NCBI GenBank assembly: GCA_024276795.1
Contig: JAJRWK010000063.1
Coordinates: forward strand, 3,800-67,799
Length of the DNA stretch: 64,000 nucleotides
Source: an archaeon
Lineage (GTDB): Archaea; Asgardarchaeota; Heimdallarchaeia; Heimdallarchaeales; JAJRWK01
Direction of reading: 5' to 3'
Part shown: piece after piece, positions 1 to 8,467 of the stretch
Position numbering within the stretch: the stretch's first letter is position 1
Layout: each line of letters starts with the position of its first letter
Notes under the pieces: model-generated
What the model saw: only the letters and a program-made list of their open reading frames with translations
Database searches by the model: none
What the model was told of the DNA's origin: nothing
Made by a program: the position numbers and the translations under genes

Positions 1-71
1 AATTTCTCATTTATCTTGAATTCTAAACGTAAAAGGCGATACTCTTAACAATATGTTTTCTTATTCCTTCC

Positions 72-905
72 ATGATGTCAAATTTGAGAGCTCAGCTCTT
101 CGTTGAAGGCGATGGTTACCCAAAAGAAGTACTCGGAGGTATTTTAGAAAGAGCCCAGACCAGAGTAAATAAGGGCGTTTTCGAATATGAGGTTTTCGAC
201 ATTGCAACCAAGGAGGGAAAAGAAAAGGCCAAAGAACTGAAAGTGCAAGATGTTCCGACACTTATTTTTCACAGAATTGCAAGAATCTCTGGTACCTTGA
301 ATGAAGATTTCATAAATGCTGCAGCATTGTCTCTTGTTTCTAATACTTCAAGAGACAAGAGTGGTAACTTAGAGCTTCCAGCATCTGAAAAATTCAAACT
401 CGACATAGCTTCAGTTTTCATGGAGAATCAAGTCATCACAAAAACCAATAGCTCTCTTTTTGTTTTCTTAACCATTCCAAACCCCGACCTTGTCAATCCA
501 GAACACATCGAGGCTCTAGCAGAAAACCGAAAAATTTTCATTCTCTCGAATTTCGAAAAAGGTTCTCAGGAACAGCGAGCCAAACTCGGTTCTCTGGGGC
601 TCCACGAAAACATCGTTCTTGGCCATATTATAAGAGAAGATATGATGGCGTGTGGAAATCTTGTAGCAAGAAAGAGTCGACCCTTTAGTTCTGCATTCTT
701 CCGAGCTAAGATTAGTGGTGAACAAATCAAGGGAAAATGGACGTCTCTACTTTCAGATTCTAGTAAGTTCATCAAAGATTTCTACCTGATGCTCTTCATG
801 GCATCCTCCCCGGTCTCTCATGATGGAACAATAATGTCGGGATCAAATAGACAGGTCGCAAAAGCTAAGGACAGCATGGATGAAATCAACCGTGTCCTTT
901 GGTAG
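72..905 (+). CDS. Hypothetical protein. The N-terminal ~90 aa may have a thioredoxin-like fold but there is no CxxC.
   Basis: 277-aa ORF at the window edge. No diagnostic catalytic motif was recognised. The pattern FVEGDGYPKEV...VFDIATKEGKEKAKELKVQDVPTLIF resembles a thioredoxin-fold beta-alpha-beta unit but lacks the Cys pair. Confidence 0.3.
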   Translation: MMSNLRAQLFVEGDGYPKEVLGGILERAQTRVNKGVFEYEVFDIATKEGKEKAKELKVQDVPTLIFHRIARISGTLNEDFINAAALSLVSNTSRDKSGNLELPASEKFKLDIASVFMENQVITKTNSSLFVFLTIPNPDLVNPEHIEALAENRKIFILSNFEKGSQEQRAKLGSLGLHENIVLGHIIREDMMACGNLVARKSRPFSSAFFRAKISGEQIKGKWTSLLSDSSKFIKDFYLMLFMASSPVSHDGTIMSGSNRQVAKAKDSMDEINRVLW

Positions 906-983
906 AACTCCAATCTTGTGGGGCTCTTTGATCCTGAAGATTCTTATCTAATCAAGAATGCGTATAAAGAAAAACCAATATGA

Positions 984-1580
984 TTGGGTATGAAGGATCA
1001 AGACAAACAAAGAGACATGTATCAATTCTGCCTAAACATGAAAGAACGCTATCATACCCGCTACGATGACTTGTTCTGGCGATTCTTTACAATGGTCATT
1101 CCACCAAAACCCGTAACAATAGCAGAATACGGGGTAGGTCCCGGGCTATTTTTGAGAGATGCCATTGAGCGCTACTCGTTGAAAAAAGCATGGGCATTTG
1201 ACTATAGCGAAGTCATGCTTGATCATGCCAGTCAGCACATCCAAGGGGTGAATGCTGAAATACACTTTGAAAAGGTAGATCTACAAAATGAAGTCCCTAG
1301 AAATGTGCCTGCTGGAAGCATTGACATTATTTTTACAGGGTTTCTTTTCCGAGCACTGAACAAACCAATCCCCTTACTGGAGAACTGGAAATCACTCCTA
1401 AGTAAGAGAGGCACCATTGTAATTTATGATTTTGGAAAATTTGAGCTAAGAACTTTTGAAGAGGAATGGAGTAAGAAAGGAGAAGCAAGTTTCGAAGAAA
1501 TTGTGGATCGATATCGGAATTTTTCAAGATATAGCTTAGATGATCTAAGAGTACTTTTCGAAAGAGCAGGGTTTGGGTAG
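984..1580 (+). CDS. Class I SAM-dependent methyltransferase
   Basis: Glycine-rich motif-I-like stretch IAEYGVGPGLF, followed by an acidic residue after the beta2 region. Size (~198 aa) is typical of small Rossmann methyltransferases. Confidence 0.5.
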   Translation: MGMKDQDKQRDMYQFCLNMKERYHTRYDDLFWRFFTMVIPPKPVTIAEYGVGPGLFLRDAIERYSLKKAWAFDYSEVMLDHASQHIQGVNAEIHFEKVDLQNEVPRNVPAGSIDIIFTGFLFRALNKPIPLLENWKSLLSKRGTIVIYDFGKFELRTFEEEWSKKGEASFEEIVDRYRNFSRYSLDDLRVLFERAGFG

Positions 1581-1671
1581 ATTGCTAGTATCAATAGGTC
1601 TCTTACTGTGATCTTTGCGGCAACACATGCATAGAACAAGTATTCAATTATTCTGCCTTCGTTGAAAGACA

Positions 1672-2304
1672 TCATAATGTCCCAATAATGACCGCGATTC
1701 CGCCAAGAATGACAAACAAAACACCAGCAATTTTTTGAATCAAGCTTTCAGGGATCTTTGTTCTCAGTTTTTCACCTATGAGTACTTCAATTGAGGAAAT
1801 CAAGGAAAACGCTAATGTTGCACCAGCTACCGTAGCTAGTATTCCGTATTGAGTAACAAGCGCAACTACTGCGAATTGAGTCTTATCCAGAAACTCAGCT
1901 GCTCCTACAGAAACAAAAGAGAGCCACATCCACTTGAGACTGCTGTGTTGTTCTTTAATTGTGCCATCAATAGACATCTCTTCGTCTCCTTGTTTGGAAA
2001 GGAGCATTGTTGCACCAATTACTATAAAAACTATTCCGCCAATCATGCTTGCCATTTCTTTGCTAGGTAGGAGCTCAGTCAATAATTCTCCAGCGAGCGC
2101 TCCAATAACAGTCATGAAAAAAAGGCCCAGAGAGGAACCAATGAGAACTGGCAATCTTTGCCCAGATCTGCCGGCAAGAGCTATGACAAGTAGGCCCGTC
2201 TTGTCACCAATTTCCATGATGAAAACAACGAAAGAAATGATCCCAATAGATATTAAAAGTACCACAATGATGAAGAAACTATTAATCACATTAAATCTTA
2301 GCAT
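1672..2304 (-). CDS. GDT1/TMEM165 (UPF0016) family cation (Ca2+/Mn2+):H+ transporter
   Basis: Polytopic membrane protein of ~210 aa carrying the two family signature repeats E-x-G-D-K-T (EIGDKTGLLVIAL) and AEFLDKTQFAVVAL. Confidence 0.6.
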   Translation of the reverse strand: MLRFNVINSFFIIVVLLISIGIISFVVFIMEIGDKTGLLVIALAGRSGQRLPVLIGSSLGLFFMTVIGALAGELLTELLPSKEMASMIGGIVFIVIGATMLLSKQGDEEMSIDGTIKEQHSSLKWMWLSFVSVGAAEFLDKTQFAVVALVTQYGILATVAGATLAFSLISSIEVLIGEKLRTKIPESLIQKIAGVLFVILGGIAVIIGTL

Positions 2305-2412
2305 ATTTGCAAATGAATTTGACAGAAGTCAGATGTTGGCTGGGCAGGAGGATAGGGATACCTTAGACTTATAGGAAATAAAGAAAGGAGGGAGAGAGAC
2401 AAGGGTTGTTAG

Positions 2413-2574
2413 CTTGGGGAAGAGCCTTCCTCGGAGGGGCTCCACTGATGGCTACAGTTCCCACAAATAAATGAGGTCTTGTAGCGAGGAGTATGACCAA
2501 CCATTGCTACTACCTTGCTTTTATCTTCAACCGTTCGAACTTTTGTAGAACCGCATTTTGGACATCGTGGCATA
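2413..2574 (-). CDS. Small zinc-ribbon protein (~53 aa; below the cutoff of the ORF track)
   Basis: Read manually on the minus strand as MPRCPKCGSTKVRTVEDKSKVVAMVGHTPRYKTSFICGNCSHQWSPSEEGSSPS. Two CxxC pairs (CPKC ... CGNC) fit a rubredoxin-like or zinc-ribbon fold. Confidence 0.4.
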
Positions 2575-2943
2575 TTATCACCTTTGCTAATTGTTGTGTT
2601 GCTATAAAGTATTAATCTTTTTGCCCCAATAAAATTGAAAGCTGAAAATACTTGTCATGAGTGGGGCAATTGTGAACAGGAGGTTATTTAAAAGAGCGTT
2701 GCACCTTAGATCCAAATATTATTTGAACTGAGGGATTATTTCTGACTGTATTTTCGAAAAATTCTTAAACAAGCGTTCATCTAAACAAAACCCATATCCA
2801 GAATCAATTTCTGTTCAACTTAGCTAAGTTTATCGAATAACTTTGTCCAAATTTGTAGAACTAATGTTAAATTCTATTACAAAACTTTGTTTTTTGCAAA
2901 TAAAACTTATATATACCTCGCAGAGAAATACAACTTGGCTCAG

Positions 2944-2968
2944 TTATGAGTGATACCTCCACTCATAA
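2944..2968. promoter_or_regulatory. Perfect 9-bp inverted repeat (TTATGAGTG-N7-CACTCATAA), a candidate operator
   Basis: Seen directly in the sequence about 45 nt upstream of the start codon of the wHTH regulator at 3013, just upstream of the A/T-rich boxes. Confidence 0.35.
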
Positions 2969-2980
2969 ACTTAGCGATAA

Positions 2981-3000
2981 CGAATAAACAGCTATAAAAG
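2981..3000 (+). promoter_or_regulatory. Archaeal TATA-like boxes (aataaaca / ctataaaag) for the gene at 3013
   Basis: A/T boxes lie 13-30 nt upstream of the ATG at 3013. This is consistent with a leaderless archaeal transcript. Confidence 0.35.
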
Positions 3001-3012
3001 GGGTTAATATAT

Positions 3013-3270
3013 ATGGTTAGAAAATTACCAGAATCAGGAAGACCAATAGTAAGATTACTTGAAAAGGAAGGACCACTAACACAGAGAGACATTATTGCAC
3101 GATTGAATATTCCGACGCGCACGATTAGATACGGCATTCGCCGGCTAATGGAGAAAGGCTATATTAAGAAACTACCAAATCTTAAAGACATGAGAAGCGT
3201 CTATTATTATATTTCTCCTGACATTGATCGAAGCCTTCTCGAAGAATTACTCGAAGAGCCTGCCAAATAA
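3013..3270 (+). CDS. Small winged-helix (MarR/ArsR-like) transcriptional regulator
   Basis: 85-aa protein. The stretch LTQRDIIARLNIPTRTIRYGIRRLMEKGYIKK is a typical HTH recognition helix plus wing. Confidence 0.5.
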   Translation: MVRKLPESGRPIVRLLEKEGPLTQRDIIARLNIPTRTIRYGIRRLMEKGYIKKLPNLKDMRSVYYYISPDIDRSLLEELLEEPAK

Positions 3271-3422
3271 GGTAGAGTTCAGTTCTCTAAAAGCATCTAG
3301 CTCCCATTTCTCTCTGTTGGGGGCTCAAATTGTTTTTTCAAAATGATTGAGTTGTTATTTTGATTGCAGTGAATCTAGATTTTTTGAAGATAATTTATCT
3401 AGTTGAACATTGTAGATAAAAT

Positions 3423-3755
3423 ATGCATCGTGAATTAGAAGAAATAAAATCTAGCCTTTCTAAACTCATTGCAGAGCTTGAACGAAAGGCGCTTGAGGAT
3501 GACATAATCTCAAAAGACGAACAAGCACTATTGGAGTGCGTCCAAAGAGACATTGAGAATCTAGAGAGTCAACTAGCTGAAATGCTAGGATCTAGTTTAG
3601 ACGAACAAGAATTTAGGGACCTTGCCGCTCAAGTGTTGCAAGATATGTTTGAAAACGCTCTGAGGGTTGCAAAAAGTGATGGAAAAATAACTAGGGATGA
3701 AAAAGAACTCATTGATATTATCCAAAGGTTTTCTCTAGAGGAGGAAGCATTTTGA
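3423..3755 (+). CDS. Small coiled-coil protein with a TerB-like motif (DGKITxDEKELI)
   Basis: Acidic, helical 110-aa protein. The C-terminal AKSDGKITRDEKELIDII resembles the TerB/DjlA-N signature. It is a paralog of the protein at 36433-36780. It overlaps the next gene by 4 nt, which suggests an operon. Confidence 0.35.
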   Translation: MHRELEEIKSSLSKLIAELERKALEDDIISKDEQALLECVQRDIENLESQLAEMLGSSLDEQEFRDLAAQVLQDMFENALRVAKSDGKITRDEKELIDIIQRFSLEEEAF

Positions 3756-4492
3756 CGGATCATTCTAGGGTAAAGCAAAAGCCAGTAGAGCAACTATCAA
3801 GAGTTGTAGCCACGAGGAGAGAAACCAACGACACTAAGACGTTAAGACTAAGGCCAGAAATTCCTTTTGCTTGGCTTCCGGGTCAATTCATTACGGTTAG
3901 AGCAATTATTGACAATAAAAGGGTTACAAGGGCTTATTCGATCTCATCAAGCCCTACCAAACGGGAATGGCTAGAAATAACTGTGCGCCAAACGGCAACT
4001 CCGACCATGAGTAAGTACTTGAATGAAATTCCAGAAGGGTCAGAATTAATTATAAAGGGACCTTATGGGCGCTTCATATGGAGTGAGGAAGTCTCAGATA
4101 AAGTCGTTTTGCTTGGTGCTGGAAGCGGAATAACTCCGTTAAAGACCATTGTTGAATATATTCTTGACAAGCAGTTACGAGTCAAGATAAATTTGCTATA
4201 TTCCTGTCCACGGCTTGACAACGTGATTTTCTACGATATCCTCAAGAAATGGTCTGAATCGGCTTCAAATTTCGAGTTTAACTTATTTCTAACACAGGAA
4301 AAACATGTAAACTCAGAAAATGCGTTCTCAGGAAGGATCAACAGAGAGAGGCTGGGTAAATTGATTTCTGATTATGAAGAAGCACCAATCTACATCTGTG
4401 GGATGCCAGGATTTGTTGAATCAATGCAAGAAATGCTTTCAGACCTCGGAATTAACCCAAGACTAGTTAGGCGAGAAAAATGGTCAGGCTAA
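3752..4492 (+). CDS. Ferredoxin-NADP+ reductase-like FAD/NAD(P)-binding oxidoreductase
   Basis: FAD-binding R-x-Y-S motif (RAYSISS) and NAD(P)-binding glycine-rich motif (VLLGAGSGITP). There is no C-terminal Fe-S Cys cluster. Confidence 0.55.
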   Translation: MTDHSRVKQKPVEQLSRVVATRRETNDTKTLRLRPEIPFAWLPGQFITVRAIIDNKRVTRAYSISSSPTKREWLEITVRQTATPTMSKYLNEIPEGSELIIKGPYGRFIWSEEVSDKVVLLGAGSGITPLKTIVEYILDKQLRVKINLLYSCPRLDNVIFYDILKKWSESASNFEFNLFLTQEKHVNSENAFSGRINRERLGKLISDYEEAPIYICGMPGFVESMQEMLSDLGINPRLVRREKWSG

Positions 4493-4589
4493 TTGAAAAA
4501 GAGAAATCAATGGGTTATTCTGACACGGTGATCTTAGAAGAAATATTTCTGAGGAAACGTTAAAGTATGCAGATTGATCATTCACCACG

Positions 4590-5621
4590 ATGAAGGCAGC
4601 TTTTTTCAGACAACATGGCGGATTGGAAGTACTCGAAGTTGGGGATTTACCATCGCCCGAGATAAGAGATAATGAGGTTCTCATAAATGTGAAGGCCGCA
4701 GCACTGAATCGACTTGATTTATTCGTGAGAAATGGTATTCCAGGACTTAGACTTGAATTTCCTCATATAGGGGGGTCAGATTTTGCTGGAATCGTTGCGG
4801 AAGTGGGTAAGAATGCGTCAATAGAGGTGGGCACTCCAGTCCTAGTGAATCCTGGATATGGATGCATGAAGTGTAGAGCTTGTGTATCCGGAGAAGAATC
4901 ACTCTGCAAGCGATTTCAGATATACGGTGAGCATTCAAAGGGAGGATTAGCAGAATTTGTAGCTGTTCGAGCAGACAAAGTATTATAGTATCCACCCGAC
5001 GTTCTCTCCGTCGAACAGGCAGCTGCCACCCCTTTGACTACTCTTACGGCTTATCGTTTGTTATACACTAAAGCCCAGGTACGTCCAGGAGAGACGGTTG
5101 TTGTTCTTGGAGCTGGAAGTGGTGTATCAACCATCATGATCCAATTGGCCAAACTTGCAGGATGTAACGTGATTGCTACTACTAGTAGTCTAGAGAAAGA
5201 AAAGCTAGCCTATGAATTAGGGGCAGATCATGTTATCAATTATGTGGAAAACCCTGATTGGGAGAAGGAAGTCTATCGTTTGACAAACAAGCAGGGAGCA
5301 GAAGTGATAGTAGATAATGTTGGCGAGGCGACTTGGGAAAAATCAATAAAAGCAGTGGCCAAGGGAGGAAGGATCGTAACTGTGGGTGCAACAACTGGCC
5401 CAATAGGGAAGACAGACATAAGATACGTTTTTTGGAAGCAGATCAGCATCATTGGGTCAACAATGAGTAACCAAAGAGAATTCTTAGATGCAATGAAGCT
5501 TGTTTATGAGGGAAAAATCAGGCCGGTCATTGCGAAAGTGTTCGATCTGGAGGAAATCAAACAAGCATATGAGTACTTGGAAACTGGTTCTCAGTTTGGA
5601 AAAGTTGTTGTTAGAATATAA
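4590..5621 (+). pseudogene. Medium-chain (zinc-type) alcohol dehydrogenase / quinone oxidoreductase interrupted by a single in-frame TAG at 4986-4988
   Basis: ORF 4590-4988 encodes the GroES-like domain with the structural-zinc Cys4 motif (CMKCRACVSGEESLC). ORF 5034-5621 encodes the Rossmann domain (VVLGAGSGVST). Both are in the same frame, separated only by one TAG. Translation continues ...ADKVL*YPPDVLSVEQAAATPLTTLTAYRL. Confidence 0.55.
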
Positions 5622-5755
5622 GGGACAGACTGAACGCTTCTCTTCCCGATAATGCCGAGGGAGAAAAAGATACGGGTACCGATAGAGAGGGGGACTTGTA
5701 GTCCTTCCTTATGCTCAAAAGAAATGCTCTTATTCTATTTATTTGAATCAGTATT

Positions 5756-6078
5756 GGCGGAGAGGACGGGCGGCGACGGGGCACATGCTCCCAGGAACGT
5801 ACTGCCACGAAGGGCACCGGTGTGGTGAAAACCACAAGTCGAGAGGCTTGCTCTGGCAACAGAAACGATACGGGCTTGCATGAGATGAAAATGATGTGGA
5901 CAACCGCTGAGACATGCAAGCGACCGGTGAAACGGGCCAACACCGGCGTGCAACCGCAAATAGGGCCTGATGACTGGCTCCGGGAAGGCCGGGTAGCGGG
6001 CATAGAGAAATGCCGCCAGGGAAACGTGAGGGGAATCCTCACTTCCCGAACAGAAGCAGGCGTACGATCCTGACCGCC
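5756..6078 (+). ncRNA. rnpB: Candidate RNase P RNA (archaeal type A-like)
   Basis: An island of ~320 nt at >60% GC in an otherwise AT-richer genome, sitting in an intergenic gap. Its termini are complementary (5' GGCGG.AGGA / 3' UCCU.ACCGCC, a P1-like stem). Internal strings resemble conserved RNase P regions: GGCAACAGAAACG, CCGGUGAAACGGG, CAACCGCAAAUAGGGCC and ACAGAAGCAGGCGUA near the 3' end. The ORFs at 5611-6073 on both strands are almost certainly artefacts of this RNA. Confidence 0.5.
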
Positions 6079-6094
6079 TTCGAACTAAGCAAGA

Positions 6095-6670
6095 GTGAGA
6101 GTCAGAAAGATGAACGAGGAATCAGAAAGCAGTTTTGCTGATGTTAGAATTCCCGTCATCGTTGCTTATTTCAACCAATGTGATCCTAAGAAATGCTCGG
6201 GATTGCGAATGATCAGGCTTGGGCAAGCCAGAAGAATTGACACTCTCAAAGAGATTCCGCATCACGCTATTGTTCTGAACCCTTTCTCAGAAAAGGCTTT
6301 GTCATCAGAGGATAGAGCTCGAGCGGAAAAAAACGGGCTTGTCATAATTGATGGGTCATGGAACTCCTTAGAAGGCCATCGATCTTTGTTTAAGCGCGGG
6401 ATAGGACGAGCGTTACCATTTCTAGTGGCTGCAAATCCGGTAAATTATGGTGTTCCTACAAAGTTGTCTAGTAGTGAGGCAGTGATAGCATCCTTGTGGA
6501 TTCTTGGATTCAAGGGTCAAGCACTAGAAATCGCTGATTCTGTGAAATGGGGGCCAGCATTTCTACATATAAACATGGAAAGGCTGGAAAGTTATGCGAA
6601 TGCTAGATCAAGCAAAGAAGTAGTTGAAGCTCAGCTCAAAGCGATGAGAAAATTAGGATATGATGTTTGA
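6095..6670 (+). CDS. tsr3: Tsr3 / DUF367 16S rRNA aminocarboxypropyl (acp3U) transferase
   Basis: Family-typical N-terminal motif CDPKKCSGLRMIRLG and a size of ~190 aa. Confidence 0.6.
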   Translation: MRVRKMNEESESSFADVRIPVIVAYFNQCDPKKCSGLRMIRLGQARRIDTLKEIPHHAIVLNPFSEKALSSEDRARAEKNGLVIIDGSWNSLEGHRSLFKRGIGRALPFLVAANPVNYGVPTKLSSSEAVIASLWILGFKGQALEIADSVKWGPAFLHINMERLESYANARSSKEVVEAQLKAMRKLGYDV

Positions 6671-6700
6671 CAAAGGCTGAAAATTCTCAACGTTCTTGGC

Positions 6701-8455
6701 ATGAAGAAGAAAAAAACGGTTTCATGTTTTGTGTTTGATCTTTTCCTAAACATCTATGAATGCTTGCTCAAACTCTTGCTTGTGGCAGGTGTATCTTCAA
6801 CGAAACAACTTAATCCGAACATCATTTATGATAATGCACTTCATGGCGATCAAGCCGCACTGGAACGCGCTGAATCTTTATGGGGGGAAATCCACAGAAC
6901 GATTCATTCGGTTGTCAGTCGGTTCGAGAAGAAAGGCATTATTCCTCGTCAAGATCAAGATGCGATCTCTCGAGTTGAAGAATTGCAAAAGATACTTATG
7001 TCTTATCACAAGAGAATGGGAATATTGACTCCAAAGACAATAGAGAACATTGAATACCTGACTAATGGGTCAATTATGTCCGGCCAGCAACCGGTAATGA
7101 TGGGAGGTCCTGGCTTCATTGGAAACAAGCTTTCCTTACTCCATTTCTTGAGCGAACAGCTGGCATCAAAGGGCATAAAGCTTGCACCTGTCTTTCTTGT
7201 TGCAGACTACGATGGGCTCCACAAGGAATTAGTTCGAACTTACCTACCCAATCCTTTGTCAGAAAAAGCACACATCGTGGACATCTGGAATGCGCTTGAT
7301 TATCCGGAGGGAACTGCTTTTCATCGGGTAAATGCACCGGAGAAGTCTTGGCTAAACGAGACCCTTGAGGAAATCGAGAGGGTAACTCAGGAATTCAGAA
7401 CAAAAGTTAAGGGAGAAAAAAAGAAGATCCTTGCCCTTCAAGAACAGCTCATCTTTGATCTCTGGAAGCTTTCTTATGCCCCTAATGAGAAAATGCGAGA
7501 CTGGTTTACTAAGATCTGGGGATACCAGACAAATGAAATTCATGACTGGGGAATCGTTTACTTCCCGTTTGGAGAAAAAGAAATCCGGAAACTAATCGCA
7601 CCTTTTTATCTTCCATTTATCCTTGAGCACCACAAGTATGCAAAGGCCTTCCAAGAAGCAACTGAAAGACTAGAGAGTTTAGGATATAAGCCATCGCTGA
7701 GAAAAAGAGATGATCATTCTGCTCCGTTCTTTTTCGAGTGCCCTCATGATGGAATAAGGGTCGACCCAAAACTAGAACATCGAGAAGACGATAACACCAT
7801 CTCTGTCATTGCTGAGTGCCAACACTGTGGTGAAGTATTTGGCTTCACAGGGGCTCCTTCTCCGGACGGGCTGGTTACACATGCTTCGTCTCTCAATGCA
7901 AGAGTTGACTCTGCATCTGCAGTAGTTCAAGAAATATTGAACCCACAAGTTCGAATTAGCGGTCCTGGAGAGCTGGCCTACTACGCACAAGTGCGGTACG
8001 CTACAATAGCTGTGGGGTTTAGAGCGCCAATATTTGTTAAGTACAAAAGAGCATTCTACAATGCTCCCTGGATAGAAAGCCTAGGGAAACAATTAGCTAA
8101 AAGAGGCCTAAAAGTTCTGCATACTCCCGAGTTTTTCAAGCTCCTATCAAAGTGGGTGAAGGCTAAGAAAAATGAACACGCAGATGAAGTTCTTAACGCT
8201 GAAATTCAGATTGCCAAGTTTATTCAAGAGGTGTACGACGAATTAAGAAACAATCGCCAGAAAAAAGATATCTCCAAGTATCTGTCGTGGCAGTTTGGTT
8301 CTTTCAACCCTACAAAATTCGGTCAGGAGGTTTCATGGCTCTGGTTTGATATGGCCAGAATAACCGGTTTGTGGGACTACTTGACGACATATGAACGGAT
8401 GTACACACCATACTCGTCTTTCGGAGTAATGACCTTCTTGAATACTGGGCCCTGA
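6701..8455 (+). CDS. BshC-like protein (putative cysteine-adding enzyme of bacillithiol biosynthesis, YllA family), with an inserted CxxC...CxxC zinc ribbon
   Basis: SGQQPVMMGGPGFIGNKLSLLHFLSEQLASKGIKLAPVFLVADYDGLH matches the BshC N-terminal signature (GGQQ-G-L-GP-Y...K..S-I...P-V-F-W-VAGEDHD) as I recall it. It lies next to bshA-like and LmbE-like genes. The true start may be downstream of 6701. Confidence 0.5.
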   Translation: MKKKKTVSCFVFDLFLNIYECLLKLLLVAGVSSTKQLNPNIIYDNALHGDQAALERAESLWGEIHRTIHSVVSRFEKKGIIPRQDQDAISRVEELQKILMSYHKRMGILTPKTIENIEYLTNGSIMSGQQPVMMGGPGFIGNKLSLLHFLSEQLASKGIKLAPVFLVADYDGLHKELVRTYLPNPLSEKAHIVDIWNALDYPEGTAFHRVNAPEKSWLNETLEEIERVTQEFRTKVKGEKKKILALQEQLIFDLWKLSYAPNEKMRDWFTKIWGYQTNEIHDWGIVYFPFGEKEIRKLIAPFYLPFILEHHKYAKAFQEATERLESLGYKPSLRKRDDHSAPFFFECPHDGIRVDPKLEHREDDNTISVIAECQHCGEVFGFTGAPSPDGLVTHASSLNARVDSASAVVQEILNPQVRISGPGELAYYAQVRYATIAVGFRAPIFVKYKRAFYNAPWIESLGKQLAKRGLKVLHTPEFFKLLSKWVKAKKNEHADEVLNAEIQIAKFIQEVYDELRNNRQKKDISKYLSWQFGSFNPTKFGQEVSWLWFDMARITGLWDYLTTYERMYTPYSSFGVMTFLNTGP

Positions 8456-8467
8456 GGGAATTCAAGT

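Noticed and set aside
516-775. Minus-strand ORFs (69 aa each) nested inside the 72-905 plus-strand gene. The same situation recurs at 1232-1675, 1849-2374, 7116-7543, 10415-10930, 15142-15966, 19615-20288, 43569-44141, 46638-47270, 51416-51622 and elsewhere.
   Set aside because: They overlap longer ORFs that carry recognisable protein-family motifs. The nested ORFs have low-complexity or odd composition, so they are treated as frame shadows.
4986-4988. In-frame TAG as pyrrolysine or another recoding event
   Set aside because: TAG terminates at least two confident genes in the window: tyrS at 45153-45155 and the helicase at 42389-42391. No pylTSBCD genes are seen, and the interrupted gene is not a methylamine methyltransferase.
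5611-6073. Three overlapping ORFs (143, 74 and 83 aa) on both strands
   Set aside because: They coincide with the GC-rich candidate RNase P RNA. Their proteins are Arg/Pro/Gly-rich nonsense typical of translating structured RNA.
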